Shown here piece after piece: positions 26,530 through 41,615 of a DNA stretch of 64,000 nt (positions are counted from its first letter, which is position 1; each line of letters starts with the position of its first letter). A program made the position numbers and the translations under genes. Source of the stretch: Chrysomallon squamiferum (taxonomy: Eukaryota > Animalia > Mollusca). Under the pieces are notes generated by a model. The model did not search any database. It was not told the origin of the DNA and was given only the letters and a program-made list of their open reading frames with translations. The stretch spans positions 4,340,001 through 4,404,000 of the forward strand of contig CM022675.1 in NCBI GenBank assembly GCA_012295275.1. Reading direction: 5' to 3'.

Positions 26530-26564
26530 GAGAGTGAGAGAGACAGTCATTGTTACCAACAGCC

Positions 26565-26629
26565 ATGGACAGGCTGTGTGTTTGGCTTCTGCTGCTTTTC
26601 CTGGCCCGTACCCAGAGTGAGCGAAATAC
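26565..26629 (+). CDS. Alpha-2-macroglobulin/TEP-family gene fragment, coding exon 1 (signal peptide)
   Basis: gccATGG context; MDRLCVWLLLLFLARTQSERN(T) followed by a gtgagt donor. Phase 2 matches the exon at 36319. Confidence 0.7.
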
Positions 26630-26725
26630 GTGAGTGCATATTTGAAATAATCGTGTGTTTATCATTAGATCATTAACGAGTGTTGGGCAGATCGATGACT
26701 GACTGCATGAATAGTTTAATAAGAT

Positions 26726-26780
<55 letters not shown>

Positions 26781-27670
26781 TTTTACTTGTTATTGATGGT
26801 TATTAGTCCGCAGTATATAAAAGGAAAACTCGCTGCTGTACTAAGCAATCGGAGATATTTTAAAATACCCTTTCTCGTACTCTTTGCACTATAAGGCTCT
26901 GGTGGTGCTAACAAATGTTAACTGTTTTTAAAATCTTTTCCAGTGTTTGTTTTATTTTGTTTCTGAGCTAAAGTTTGTCCTAAGAAACAGAGAAAATAAG
27001 TAATTAGGTCTATGCAATAATGCATTTAATCTGTTCGTTTGCCTCCCCACAGCTTTTCCCGATCCAACCAGCTTCATTGTTTTTCTTTACCACTTAATGA
27101 TCTTAGTACACATTTTTGCATATTTTACTTTACGCTATATTTTCTCGGAATATTTGTCTCACATATTTAGCAGTGTATACCTGTTATACTGTTTCGTATC
27201 AGTTATAAACTGATATTTCATAAGAAGATAATAGATATTAAAGAAGAAAATTAAGTGTTAAAATAGTTCTGAAATGATTTATATTTATTACTATTTTTCT
27301 TATTTTAAATCCACCAGTTCATGTAGCTAACAAAGCAGAAGAATATGTTTTTCACATTTAAACCATTATTTGACGTGTATCAGTGTCAAAACAGTATTAA
27401 TTAGTCTTCTTGATTTTGGCCCTCGTGAAGACTGAAGTGTTTATTTCAGTGTTTTTTCAGCCAGTGCTTTTAGGCTGATTTATCCCAGACTTTTGGATGA
27501 AGGTTTGAAGCACACTCTAGTTCTCTGGTTAGGGTACAGCTGTGTAGCAGATCTTCAGAACGTTTACTGGAATAATCTCCCGTTCTAAGCAGTGCCCCAT
27601 GACCAATATTATAAATAATATTGTAATAGATCCCATCTAGTTTCCTTTGTCTTTATGTAGTTAAAAACAA

Positions 27671-27719
<49 letters not shown>

Positions 27720-28734
27720 TTGATCTAAAGCTCTAATTTTAAAAATAATTTTAAAAAGCCTCATCAGAAGTAATTTTAACCTGTCGTTGGGATTCCTCTG
27801 GAGATGTCAGACGTCGACAACGTCGTCCAAGCTTGAACTGTGTTCTGAAGTCTCGCGTTCAGAGTGTTGAGTCCGTTGGTTTAACAATGGCGTTCCTGGT
27901 CGTTGTTAACTGGGGCGCTGTGAAGATTTTACGTCAGATCTTTCTATCTAATCATCTTATTCTAAAGTTTTTACCAAAAGTTAATTTTCTTGGATTATAT
28001 GCCCGAGAGAGCCGAGCTTCGCAACACACTTTTTTTTTTTTTTCGTTCCCATTATAGAAATAATTTAGAATGATGACGGCTATAAAATTCTTAATAATGC
28101 GATGAAACTAACTCCCATCTCAAAAAAATAATAAAAAATAAAAAATAAGAAATAAAACAAAAATGACTAAATAAAAATAATAAAAACAATAACTAAATAA
28201 CTAAGTAAATAGATAATAATTTAATTAATTAATTAATTTATTTCATAAACAATAGCAACAAAACAAAAAGAATAATAGTAATAACAAAAACAACAGCAAT
28301 AACAATAGTAATAATAACTTTAAAAATTTTTAAAACAAAAACAAACCACAAAATAGTGTTTTCCTTGACCAAAGTATTCTGTACCTAGTTTTAAACATTC
28401 ATCAACCCCCATCCATTTCTTTTGTTTATGGTTAACAATCTCAGTTTTATCAGATCCGACATTAATTTTCTTCGAGAAAATAGCGAGGGATTTGAAGCAG
28501 GGACGTCAAAAAGTGACTATTAATTTCGCTTCCGATGTTATCAGATTTTGTAATGGTTTCCAGTAAGAGAATGTTATCATTGCATTGTTTTGATTTTCAC
28601 AATTGGATGTTATTGGGGAAAACAAAAAGCTCCTCTTAAATCTAGAACGGAGAAAAATTTTGTAATAATTATAAACAAACCATTCCGAACAATAATTAAT
28701 TTAGAAAACTGCAACAGCAACAACAACGACAACA

Positions 28735-28778
<44 letters not shown>

Positions 28779-29501
28779 CACAATAATAATAACAGCAACA
28801 ACAAGAGTAACAACAATAATAAAAATAGAAGTATTAATCGTAGTAATAGCAACAATAGCAGTAGTGTAATAGCAATAATAGAAGTAGTAGTAGAAGCAAT
28901 AACAACAAAAACAACAATAACTGTAGTAGTAGTAGTAATCGTTGAGTTCTAGAGTGAGTGTACTAGTATTGGTAGTAATAACAACAATAACAGTATAACT
29001 ACTACTGTTACTACTGCTACTACAAATAATAATAATATAGTCATCATCATCATCAGCAGCAGCAACAGCAGCAGCATTTTGTTAAGAACGGAGACAAGAC
29101 CCACAAATTTTCCTTTCAGTATCACTCCTAAAACCAGTGATTTTGGTATATTATATTTATTTTGTACATACCTTGCGCGCACACTTTCCCAAACACACGT
29201 GCCTATACGCTGAATAATTTGTTTTGAACTGGTTCTTACAGATCGGATACCAATTATCTATAATTTGTTTTGTGTCGCACGACTGTAATATGATTGATTA
29301 TATCTGTGAGCTCCGGTCTATCATCTGTTCATGAAGATGGTCTCGGTGTATATAATTTGTGTTTTGTTCTTGATAATTTCACCTTCAGCTCTCTCTACTC
29401 GCAATTCAAAATCGTAGTACTCGGGTACGTGCTGTTGCAGTTTGCGTACAAAATTAAAACAAACATTTCGGGGATTAAACACTCCTACAGTTATAACAGT
29501 C

Positions 29502-29559
<58 letters not shown>

Positions 29560-30476
29560 CATTATTATCATTATTATTATTATTTTTGTTGTTGTTGTCA
29601 TCATCGTCACCATCATTATTACCGTTATTGTTGATGATGATGCTGATGTTAATTACTTAATGGATTTAATTATTTATTTATTTGTTTGTTTATTTATTGA
29701 TCTTGCTATAGGCACAAATCTTTCGTAAGACTATGTATTAAAAATTAATCTCAAGCTCATTTTTTTAAATTAAATATATAATATATATATATATAAGCAT
29801 ATAATAAGTGATAAAATGTTACATCGGCAACATCAATCTACAGCGTTATAAGACGCGCTGACGTCTTTTATTTCTGATTACTTTCCAGAGTTCTGATTTA
29901 AGTATAATCAGGTTCTTGGACTGTGTTCAAGACGGCGTAAGTCTGTTGGAGCACGTTGTATATTTTATGATATCTGATGTGTCAGATTTCGAGAAAGATA
30001 TAAAGCAGTGGTTATGCGAAGAGAGATAAACATAACCAGTCTGGAGATTCAGAAGTTTGATCTCTTTCAGAATCGTGAAGTATTAACGTAATACTGTTTT
30101 GTAGTTCTAGTTTCACTTTAAAAAAAAATATATTCTGTAGAACTATATTGCATTCAACGAGCCGTCAAGAAATTATAATAACAGTAATAGAAATAACAAC
30201 AACAGTAATAATAATAAATAACGGAATATGTTTGTCGTATCCTCACAAATTTAGTAGTTAATGATCGTGCCAAGTCATAATGATTTGGACTTTTGCGTAT
30301 GCTGATTCTATCTGTGTGATTTTTATTGCACGAATGATGGATATACCGTGTTAGTAAAATCAGTACGTCTTTGGTCATTGATCTGCGGAAAGTACGAATT
30401 CTGTGACAATTTAGAATATTGAGCCTGGCTCGGTCTTAGGATAGATCTGAGAGATGAAATCAAATTATTTGTTCCT

Positions 30477-30511
<35 letters not shown>

Positions 30512-30580
30512 AAAATAAATCATAAAACCCCCAAAACTCAATGAAGTTTATACTGAAATCACCAAATACATATATGAATA

Positions 30581-30652
<72 letters not shown>

Positions 30653-31308
30653 ATACTATGGTCATGTAGTCATACATATATACTTGTCGCTGTGCTGTAT
30701 TAAATCGCAAGAACATGATTCTCTTTGCACACTCCGTGATTTTTACTGTATTCGTTTGAATCTTCCATTATTTGCACTTTAACAAGAACAAAAACAGGTG
30801 GCCATCTTGAAATGGCTTACAGTAGCTTTTCTTCTAAGCAGATAGTAATATCGGTGTATTGGACTCTGAACAGGGGCACAGTCCTTGAGAACTGAATGAG
30901 ATGTTCCGGACCGAAAAGCGGTGGTTTCCTTACACTTGCATCACGAGCTGGTACCCCGGAGGTTGCAGATTTATCTTCAGAGAAGTCTGTTGTCCTACAT
31001 TCTGGTTAGCACTGACCGTGTTATCGAGTTCAATTAAACATGACCCAGTTTGATATTTTTGTTTTCGGTATAATAATTTGAATATTCATAAATATAACGC
31101 AGTGTTAAACGACAGTTTATGAACTGCGTCTTATAAAGTCTGTTTTGCATAACACACTTCCCTAGAGATAGAACAACATATATCGTGTTTAATGTTTAAC
31201 TAATAAATAAATAAACAAATGAATAAATAAATAAATAAATAAATAGTAAACAAAATATAATATATAATACAAAAATAAATAGATAAAATAATCATAATAA
31301 TAATAATA

Positions 31309-31364
<56 letters not shown>

Positions 31365-31733
31365 CATATCCATGTAAAAAGAAAAACCTGATATGCAGAG
31401 TAAAATTTAAACACAATTAGTCAATAAAATGGCAGACATAGAAATCTATCAACATTTCTAAAAGAGACTCTTCAGCGGAAATTGCACCAACATTTAGCTG
31501 TGAAATACAGTTTTAATGATCAGTAGCTTGCATTTCATTCGAAACTTTAACATCTCCCATCTAATCAGCAGAAAGCTGAACTCTGTTTCACTTTTGTGAA
31601 CTCAATACCTGTTTTGTTCGCCGTACGACTTTATTTATTAAAAAGAATAGCGGCTACCTCGTTATTTCTTAATAACCGGAAGTTATGAATTAAGGCCAAA
31701 CACATGACCTTGTTGACGCCAAAATCTTTAAAA

Positions 31734-31764
<31 letters not shown>

Positions 31765-33221
31765 CTTGGTTGTTATTGCAAAATAAAAGTAATAATAATA
31801 ATTGTAATATAATATTATTATATATTTAATTGTTTGGTTTTTTAAAATTATTTTTAAATTAAATTTATTTAATTTATTTAAAAATTTATCTTAATTATTT
31901 TATTTTATTTTATTTTATTTTATTTATTAATAACATGTACATTTGTTGGACTATTTTTTTTTTTCTTCATGTTGCTATTAACCCAATTTTGCGCATTGCC
32001 TAACCTCATCAATTAACGGAGACCACATATTAAAAAACTGAACCAGTGGTTTGAGACCACTTACGCGATTGATGACGATCTTTCGCAAAATCTCGCGGGA
32101 ACGCAGGCCATGTTGAATGTCTGTGGTGACTAACTAAAGAGGATTATTATTGACAGCTATATTTGATGTGTAGCGGAATCAGGTCTGAGAAGCTCAGGAT
32201 TAATTTCTAATAACAATGCTGAAATAAATATTGTGTCGGCAGACCGGATTGTTTTACACTCCGGTCGTTCCTCTGTGAGGAATATATGAGAAATCTGTAG
32301 GCCCTGTGTAATATGTTGCAGTAAGATTGAGTTCTCAGATCTTCAGGAGCCCAGCAGTCTTAAATATTATTATAATTATACGCGTGAATGTATATATTTT
32401 AATCCCAACTGATTTTTTTAGATCAAGTGGGAAAACTCTGTGTGTATGTGTATGTATACGTCTCTGAGTGGGCCTGCATTACTAGCTACTACACTATAGT
32501 TAAGTGCAAAATGGGATCCAGAATATCAGAAGAACAGAAATTAATATAATGTGCTTAATTGTTTCCAAACGTGCAGATTACACGGTTAAAGTGTACGAAT
32601 GTTTGATTGCAAATTAGAGTAAAAACATCGCATCTTTACAACACTGTATTGAGTTTACGTGTTAGTCAATTTTAGGTGAAGACAAAAGGAAAAAAATGCC
32701 GGCATCCGTAAACCTTTGCGAAATTCTTATGCCAGAGAAGTACTGTATTTTTATCAAATATTAATACAAACAAATAAAAAAAATGTTTTGTCTTATACAT
32801 ACAGTTAAAGATACTTTTTAATACGATTTCAAAGGATAAAATTTCTAAAATTTATTGCAGTGCCAACTGTATGTATAATAAATACAGAAATTAACGTGCA
32901 GGGATATTTTGTACTTTGATTAATGCTGTCAGCCTCTTGGGAAATATCTAAGCTGAATCCATATTAATTTAATAAGGAATATTCACTACGAGATAAGATT
33001 ATTATTTATTTCAAATATTTTCAGAACGTTCGATGGATTTGGATACATATTTAATAACATAAATTAATGTGAAACATATGATCAATATACATGATAAATC
33101 TGGCAATGCGCCTCTGGTATTGCTGTTTAAGATTTACTTTTCATTTTTAAAGATAGATTATAAAGATGTGTGCATGTGTACATTGTGTTTGTGTGTAAAG
33201 AGAGAGGAAACACGTCCCCAT

Positions 33222-33335
33222 TACACAGAGACTACCCTTCTCGATTAGAAGCAAGAAACTTATATGTATCTTTCTGTAGACATGGAAGCACATACCATGG
33301 ACTTTAAATCAGTCACCAAACACAGGCTGGAGCGG
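33222..33335 (-). mobile_element. Degenerate fragment of a probable SINE-like interspersed repeat
   Basis: Resembles, from recall only, a gastropod dispersed repeat. Related pieces lie on the opposite strand at ~48183-48290 (tatataaaagattccttgctg...agagtag...gcgggtttc) and ~49028-49058 (gtaggatcgaacc...gtggacccattg, B-box-like). Confidence 0.3.
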
Positions 33336-35145
33336 AGGGTGGAATTGCAGATGCTAAGCATGATTTATTCAGGCACTAGTAAAAGTGTTCCTGCTGATTT
33401 TACTCTTCCAGAATCGCGACATTGATGCACTGACCCACGGATCCACTCCAAGGTTGAAGACTTCGTATAACATGTCCATGTTTATCCTTGCACTGCTAGT
33501 TACGGTTTGAAAACTCTTATATCAGTGACTTAACACATTTTCTAATACAAAAACGTCTCAGAGTTTTAGCACTTAGTGTACGAAAACAGTACAAAAATAA
33601 ATATGTAAAGCAGTGGGTTTTTTGCTGTAGTTGTTTTAAGTTCTATTTAGAAATACAAAATTATAAACCTTTGGTTCGATTATATCCTTTTTGTAAATCT
33701 TGCAGCAACATCTAGCATCATCTTACTCTTAGCAGTAATTATGACATTGTGACTTGTAGAGATAAAATCATCTTAATCAGCCTGAAGGTTTAAACAGAAG
33801 AATTTGACAAACTGGCAAATTTTTACTGGAATAAGTTAAGGAAAGGATCGTTGAAGAAGTCATTTCTCGCCTCATCCTCATTGATATACGGATCTGTCCA
33901 AACAGAATTCTAAACTGATGTGGAGAATGTCGCGAACAATTTAATTATCCTTTGTTTTGGTTGTTGTTTTTTCGAGATGAGGGAGGGGTTTAAAATGTGA
34001 TTATTTTGAAATTCTTTCAAATATTTTTTACGTTTCAGTAATGGAATATGCTTATGGAAAAAAAATGTGGGGATTAATTCTCTATGTTTTTCTTTTGCGC
34101 CTTTTTTTTTTTCCTCTGTTAACTTTAATTGAAATTTGTTTCGTCTTTTTTTTTTTTCAGTTTAACATTTGAGTAATATGTTAACGGTAAAACTGGCATA
34201 AAATGTATTGAACAAATTCATCTCCAACTTTTCTTATTTATTTCATTTATTTTTCTGTTCTATTTGAAACAATACAGAATACGTCTGGATATTATATATA
34301 GTTTGAGCTATATGAAATCGTAGCTACTAATATTACAAACGTAGAATAATAGTTTTATAACAATCTTAGACAAAGAAACATCTTTGGATATAGGAATGGC
34401 GGATAGAGTTTTTCTATCACGTGTTAATTTGTCCTCTAAAGTCATCAGCTAACTGACGCAATCACTTTGACAATCGTTTGCATCACAAATCTTTAAGTAT
34501 ATATACATATATATATATATATATATTTATATTAATGAAGGAACAAATATTAAACTACGTTTTCTGGTTTGGTTGAAGACTTTCTGACAGCAAAGACTTT
34601 GAATTTAACAGTTGTTTGAATTACAACTTACAGTGTCCTGCAACGTCAGAACAAAATTAATTCTTTATTATTTTGTTGTTGGCTCATCGGTATTAGGTTG
34701 TTGTCACGAAAATCATAGAAAAAAGGTTTTTGTCATATGTTTTGTTTGAAATCTGCCAGTAAAGTATGGTAAGGATCATAACAGTTGTATGATCCTACAT
34801 TGATTAAATGGTTTAATTATTAAGTTTTTTCCCATGATTACAAGCTACATTATTGCAGTTATAGAGCAATTATAAAAACAAAATGCGTTTGTTTGAAGAT
34901 TGAGCAAAATGAAGAACAATCTTAACATTATTTCAATTAAACAATCCATCAGTATGTTATACAGTATTCAGTAAATATGCAAGTAACTGAGTAAACAAGC
35001 CATAGAACAAATATTAAAGTTTTCGTTATCTCGTTTGGTTCATGGCTCTTTGTCAACCTAATTTTCTTGTTTTGTTTTCTCCATTTCCCATTTCCTTCTT
35101 CTTATTATTTACGTTGCTAATACTGAATGTATTTACATCACACAG

Positions 35146-35181
<36 letters not shown>

Positions 35182-35762
35182 ATATATAAATGTCTGAATC
35201 AGATAAAAAGGAAGAAGAAAGAATTCAAATAAAAGAATATTATCTTCTAGCGAAACAAGTAGCATCTGTAAGTGAAATAAAAAATACTAAGCAATTATCA
35301 TGCTAGTACTATAATGAGACAAATACAATTACACACATGCACTGTCAAGTCTTGGAGTCTGGCATATGGCGTCTGACTACAATAATTCAGTTACGTTAAT
35401 CTTCTTATTGTATTGGAAAAGTATACATTATGAATGATTTGTAATTATGAACAGAAGTAAATGAGGACTAAACGAGAAATGGTCATCTGGAGGTGAATGG
35501 AAGGTGAGAAGATAATTATGTTACTTAATTATTAATTAATCCTGCGAGGTCAGAATCAAAGGCCTATTGATTATGAACCGAATGTAAAGGTAAACAAAAA
35601 GAAGTTTGTTGATGGAAGGTTCAGAATGTTTACTTATTAGAAGTAAATATATAGGATAAACTAAATGTATAATTCGGTTAATACATTTTATTGGCATTTC
35701 TCACATTAAGCAGGAAAAACTAAAAAGTATTCAACACTTGATTTATCGATAGAATTTTTGGA

Positions 35763-35863
<101 letters not shown>

Positions 35864-36318
35864 GTCTGTTTGTCTTTCTCTCTTTTTCTGTCTGTCTGGT
35901 TTCTGCCTATTTGTCTTTCTCTTTCTGTCTGTGTTTTTCTCTCTGGTTGATTCAGTGTGTCCTTGTAGATCTGCTGACATTTTGTATCATTGATTAATTA
36001 GATTATATCTTGAAAGCCAAAGATATCGAAAGTATAATCATTATTAGGTTTCGCATGAACTTTGCGCTAAAAATATCAACGTACATACAGGATTTGTATT
36101 GGACTGCAAGAAATTGCGGAAGACTTAATTGGCATTTAGCATTTAAAATAAGCTATGTATGAGAAATGAGCAAGGCCTTCTCGTATGGATGTCATGAACA
36201 GTATACAGGTTTCTTATTCACTAATCTGGATTTTTTTCAATTTTTTTTTTTTTACACTATATTTCAAGTACGCCTTCCATGTGTTCTGAGTCTACTATTT
36301 TTTTTTATCTCTTTTCAG

Positions 36319-36476
36319 TGGCTATGTTTTGACGTTACCAAACACTCTACAAGCAGGAGCGAACGAGACATTTTGTTTAACCCTGCATGGAATCGAAAAC
36401 GACATAGAATTTACACTAAGTCTCAAACACGAGAACACAGAGAAAGAGTATGAACATACCTACACATTCAGACAAG
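36319..36476 (+). CDS. Alpha-2-macroglobulin/TEP-family fragment, exon 2 (MG1 domain N-half)
   Basis: cttttcag acceptor; GYVLTLPNTLQAGANETFCLTLHGIENDIEFTLSLKH..., resembling the A2M mature N-terminus (Y-x-V-x-x-P-x-x-L...E-x-x-C-x-x-L); donor gtttgt, phase 2 to 1. Confidence 0.8.
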
Positions 36477-36612
36477 GTTTGTTGTTAGAAAATATATCTT
36501 TAATTCAGTCGTTTTCGCAACTGTGTGCGTTATATTTACTATTGTTATTATTATTTTCATAATGAATTAAAAATGAAACATAGCCTCTTATGTATTAAAC
36601 ATATAAATATAA

Positions 36613-36661
<49 letters not shown>

Positions 36662-37837
36662 CTCACACACTCGCATGCACGTACGCACGCGCACGCATAC
36701 ATTCATCTCGATATCTGTCTCTGCACTGTCATTTTTTCTCTGTCTTTGTCTTTTTTCATTTTCTTTGAATGTTCCACTACTTCTTCTATTACTGCTGCTA
36801 CTATTACTACTACAACAATAGCAACAACTACTACTATTACTACTATTATAGATGGTGTTTCCAGTACTCAGTTACCACTCTGTTGCTATTACTTCTACAA
36901 CAACAACAACTACTACTACTACTACTGCTACTACTATAGATGGTCATGCTAATGTTCAACAACTGCAACTGCAACTACTACCACAATCACTGCTACTAGT
37001 ACCTAACTTCTACAATGGATATATGCCTGCTATAGTTGTTATTACTTCTAATTCTATTATCTTTCAAATTAATGCAGTTTTAATGTATATAAAAAAAGAA
37101 ATACGACAATCATTAAATCAATCAGATGGCACGTGCTTACATTCACTAAATTTTCAAGCACGCTTGTCTCGGGCATATTGTCCTAATATCCCAGCGAATA
37201 TGTTCAAAAAGGTAAAATCTACTAATTACGATAATCTATTTATGTATCATCAATGTACCGATACGTTCGGAAATAACCACGATAGATTCGATCGGAATAT
37301 TATTAATCAAAATTCTTGAGTCTGAACGTGCAGAGAGAACAAACAAAGCAGAGATAAAACTGTAAGCTTTGTCTGTCACGGTTGACATATTTGAGGATGA
37401 GCGGATAACAAATCATTTATAACGTTAACATTTTCTGGGTTCTTAAACAATAACAGAAACGATTTGTTTTTACATAGCATGAAAAATTATAATATTGAGA
37501 TGTTGGTTTAAAACAGAAGTCCCTATAGTAGTGTTAGTAGTAGTTGTACTAGTACTAGTAGTAGTAGTAGCAGCAATAACAGTAGCAACAGCAGTAATAG
37601 TCGTAACAGTAATACTAATACTAATTAATTTAAGGCAATCGAACTATGCATATATGGACCATCTATTCATCATTTTCATGATTAAAATGTATGCACATAA
37701 TATATATGTTATAATTCATGCATTAACAGTATATCTCTAGGCCATGTAACAGATGGAAAGTTTTCCTGCACGTCAAAGCAGATATTAAGATATATTTATG
37801 TAACGTAGGCGTTGACTACTTCCAGTCAAGGCAAGCA

Positions 37838-38111
37838 GATGTCATCGTTAGATATAGTTATATACTACACCTGTAAAATAAATGCATTGATTAATTCCTT
37901 TCAGGTCAAAGCAGGTGTCAGACGTTCCCGGTACCGAGGTCACCAGGGTATTATGACGTTGTACTGAAAAACTCGATGGCATCGTTAGATATAGTTATAT
38001 ACTACACCTGTATAATAAATGCATTGATTAATTCCTTTCAGGTCAAAGCAGGTGTCAGACGTTTCCAGTGCCGAGGTCACCAGGGTATTATGACGTGGTA
38101 CTGAAAAACTC
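37838..38111 (+). repeat. 137-bp tandem duplication covering the acceptor and 5' part of A2M/TEP exon 3
   Basis: Units 37838-37974 and 37975-38111, with two attcctttcag acceptors ending at 37904 and 38041. Confidence 0.92.
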
Positions 38112-38212
38112 CACAGACGTTATGACGTCAAGTCGTGACGTGAAGGTGGAAAGCGGCAACCTGATTACGTTCATACAAACTGATAAACCCATCTACAAAC
38201 CAGGAGAAGCAG
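38042..38212 (+). CDS. Alpha-2-macroglobulin/TEP-family fragment, exon 3 (end of MG1, start of MG2)
   Basis: GQSRCQTFPVPRSPGYYDVVLKN...LITFIQTDKPIYKPGEA carries the family hallmark F[IV]QTDKxxYKPG; phase 1-1, donor gtaata. No further A2M exons are seen before array sequence resumes at ~38606. Confidence 0.9.
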
Positions 38213-39746
38213 GTAATACTCAAGTTACACATAAAGCCCATCTTCAGTCATGTAATACTCAAATTGCTCATAAACCCATCTACAAACCAGAATATGCAGT
38301 AATACTCAAGTTACTCATAAACCAATCTGCAAGCCAGGAACGGTTCGTAATACTCAAATTACTCATAAACCAGGAGATACGGGTAATAGTCAGGCTACTC
38401 GTAAACCAATAATTCAAATTAAGTACAAATTGAATATTTATGCTGTGACTAAAATTGGTCAGTAGTACGATCGAAACTTGGTAACAGATTCTACGTGCTG
38501 CTGGTTCTTCGATCGAATTTTGGTAAAAAGCTTCTGTGTGCTAGAGATGTGTAAAACTATTGCACTGACTTATCTAACAAACTAAACTAATTAATATACC
38601 ACATCTCAAATCAAAAACACAGAACAGGCAAACAGAATTTGAAACTGAATCAATTTAAAGCATTTATCTGCAGACAAAGATTATTATTCTTTACTTGTAC
38701 GACAAAGAATTTTAAAAATACATTAACTACATTACATCTAGAACGTAGCCAACTGTGAAGATGATCTAAATTAATTACAGCTGTTTGTTTAATTAGTATT
38801 AACATTCTCTGTATGACTGAGTGTTATAAAACTGAGATATTCTACTTGTGTAATCTCTGTCCCAGGTAATACCCCACCCAGATTTTTATGTTTCAAAATC
38901 ATTCTCTAAGAAAACAACATGTTTCCATTATTTATATTCACAGATCTTCAAACATTGCATTTTAGTTGATAAAATTATATTTTGATAAACAACCAAATTT
39001 ACAGATTTATTACTACATTAATTTTTAAACAACTGTGACAGGTCAATTTTTTTATTATTATTTTTTTAAATTTTTTTTTTTTTTTTTTTTTTTTTTAATA
39101 GAAATATCTCACTTGCTATCTCTTTAAAATCAGAAATATACAAAATTTCTCGTATTTATCAGCTTTGCAAAGAACTGAAGTAGACACTGGTTTTTAATCT
39201 AATATTGTCTGTTCTCTCTGTAATCTTACGTGGTCATCCTGAAAATTAGCTGAAAATAAGTCTGATTGTGAAAATTAGCTGGAAATGTGTGTGTGAAAAT
39301 GTATGTATTTATATTTTGTGTGTTTGTATGTGGGTGTGTCTAGATGTATGTATTCAAGTATGTATCTATTTATTTGCTTTCATGTATTTGTGTATATATG
39401 TGTGAAGCCAAGTATCTATACATTTATATATAAATGCAACATGTGTATGTATGTATTCATGTATGAATATATCTATGTAGAAAAAGATGGTGTCATATCA
39501 AAACACACAAATATTATTAATAAAGTAACTTATCGTTGAAATAAACCCATACAACGGATGCATCACTTATACGAACACAAATATACAAACAATGCATTCT
39601 GTAATCTAAGAAAAGAGATTCGTGACCTGTTTTCCTCTTTCTATTAATATCTACTTCCTTGTTGGTTTTAACAAAACTCGGTTTTATATTGTCTTGCGTG
39701 AGAATTTTCGTATATAAAAGTAAACAGAAGAAAACAAACAGAAATA

Positions 39747-41550
39747 ATGAATTTAGTAACAGCAGTGATTATATTAACGATCTACCATCAGGTTACAGGT
39801 GCAGAAAGACTAGGTAAGTTTATTATTTATTTAAAACTAATTTATTCATTGAACTTCAAGTCATTTGAAGTATGTATAAGGCTGGGGGAGATAATTTAAA
39901 CTTTAAATTTTATTTAAGTTTTATTTATTGAGATTTCTTGTATATGATGATTATGTTAAAAGCAGACCTTTTTCAAAATACAGCCTACTGAATGTTTAAT
40001 CGATGTTAAACATGAAATGCTCGTTCATAGTTAATAATAATAATAACAACAAAAACAACAATAACAATATCAACGACAGTAATAATAATAACAGTAACGA
40101 CATCAACAACAACAACAATAACGACGACAACAACCAACAATAATGATAGTGATTACAATTAAATAACTGCATAGCGTAACAACAATACGCAATAGGATTT
40201 AACATAACACATAAACTAGCACGCTATGACATATTTTAAAAATAAACTATTTACTATAAATGGAAAATTAGCTCACATATTTTGACGTAGCTAAGAATAA
40301 ATAACAACAATATTATATATGCAATAACACAACATAAGGTAACATAACAATAATAATAACGAAGCAATATTACATATTACATATTGTACAACTTGACTAA
40401 GCAGGTCATCACATAACAAAGTAATTATTAATAAGTTTATAAAACATAACAGTATAAATATGTATAAATGTATACAATATAAACAAAATACATTTGTATA
40501 AATGTATATATAATAACGTAACATAAAATTTCATCAAGATAATGCAACATAAATAATTAAGATAATTATTAATAAATTAACACAGGTCCGTGGTCTGACA
40601 GAAAACAAGAAGAAATGTTAGAAGAATATTTTACACTGGATAAAAAACAAACTTGGTGGGAGGCAGCGTATTCTGGCTGTGAGGAGGCAGGAGGCAGACT
40701 CGTTGTTCATCATTCTGGTTTAGACCATGACAAACTTTTTTCTGTAATGGAAAAAGACAAAGACTATTGGGTAGGAGCTTTAGAGACGTATACACCGTGG
40801 ATTTGGACTGGTACGTATTCTGTTATCAATAATTTAAATGTCGGTTAGAAAATAAATAAATGTTTAACGTTTTATCAAAGTTTTACTTTATAAATTGATC
40901 ATTATCTACGACATCAAAAGTAACGACAAAACCACTAATAACAATTATAATACAATAAATGAATCAATAAATAGACTGTTTCGTTTTTTGTGTGTTGTTA
41001 TTGTTCTAGGTTTTGTTTTCAGAGACCAATGAAACATTATTCCAGTACGTTGGAGATATCGATGTAGGGAGTTCGAGGTCTAACTACGAAATACAAGACA
41101 ATGATGCTTTTAAATGCTTCCAGCAATGTAAACCGAGCAATGGAAATTTTGGTTTACAGGTTTGTAAATTCTTCTCTTCATAAACACTGAATTTAAAACA
41201 AAAAGTGTTGAAAATATACTTGTTTTATGTTACCTGAATCACACACATACAAACTGGACACACAGACAGGTATACTTCTACTATTAAACTGTCACTGCGG
41301 CAACCAATACAGCTACTTCATCTTTTTCTACTACTACTATTACCACTTCTACAACTACTACTACCACTGTTTTTCTTGTTCTTCTTCTTATGATTGTTCG
41401 TGTTATTGTTGTTGTTGTTGTGTTTATATCACAATAACAATTACAAACTCATTTCCCCATACTTCTGGGATTGTTTTTGTTATTATTGTTATTTATTTAT
41501 TTATTTGTTTATTATTATTATTATTATTATCATCATCATCATCATCATTA

Positions 41551-41615
<65 letters not shown>

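Noticed and set aside
28590-29728. Poly-N, poly-I and poly-L ORFs inside the A2M intron (and similar ones elsewhere)
   Set aside because: Trinucleotide (AAT)n/(ATT)n microsatellite translations.
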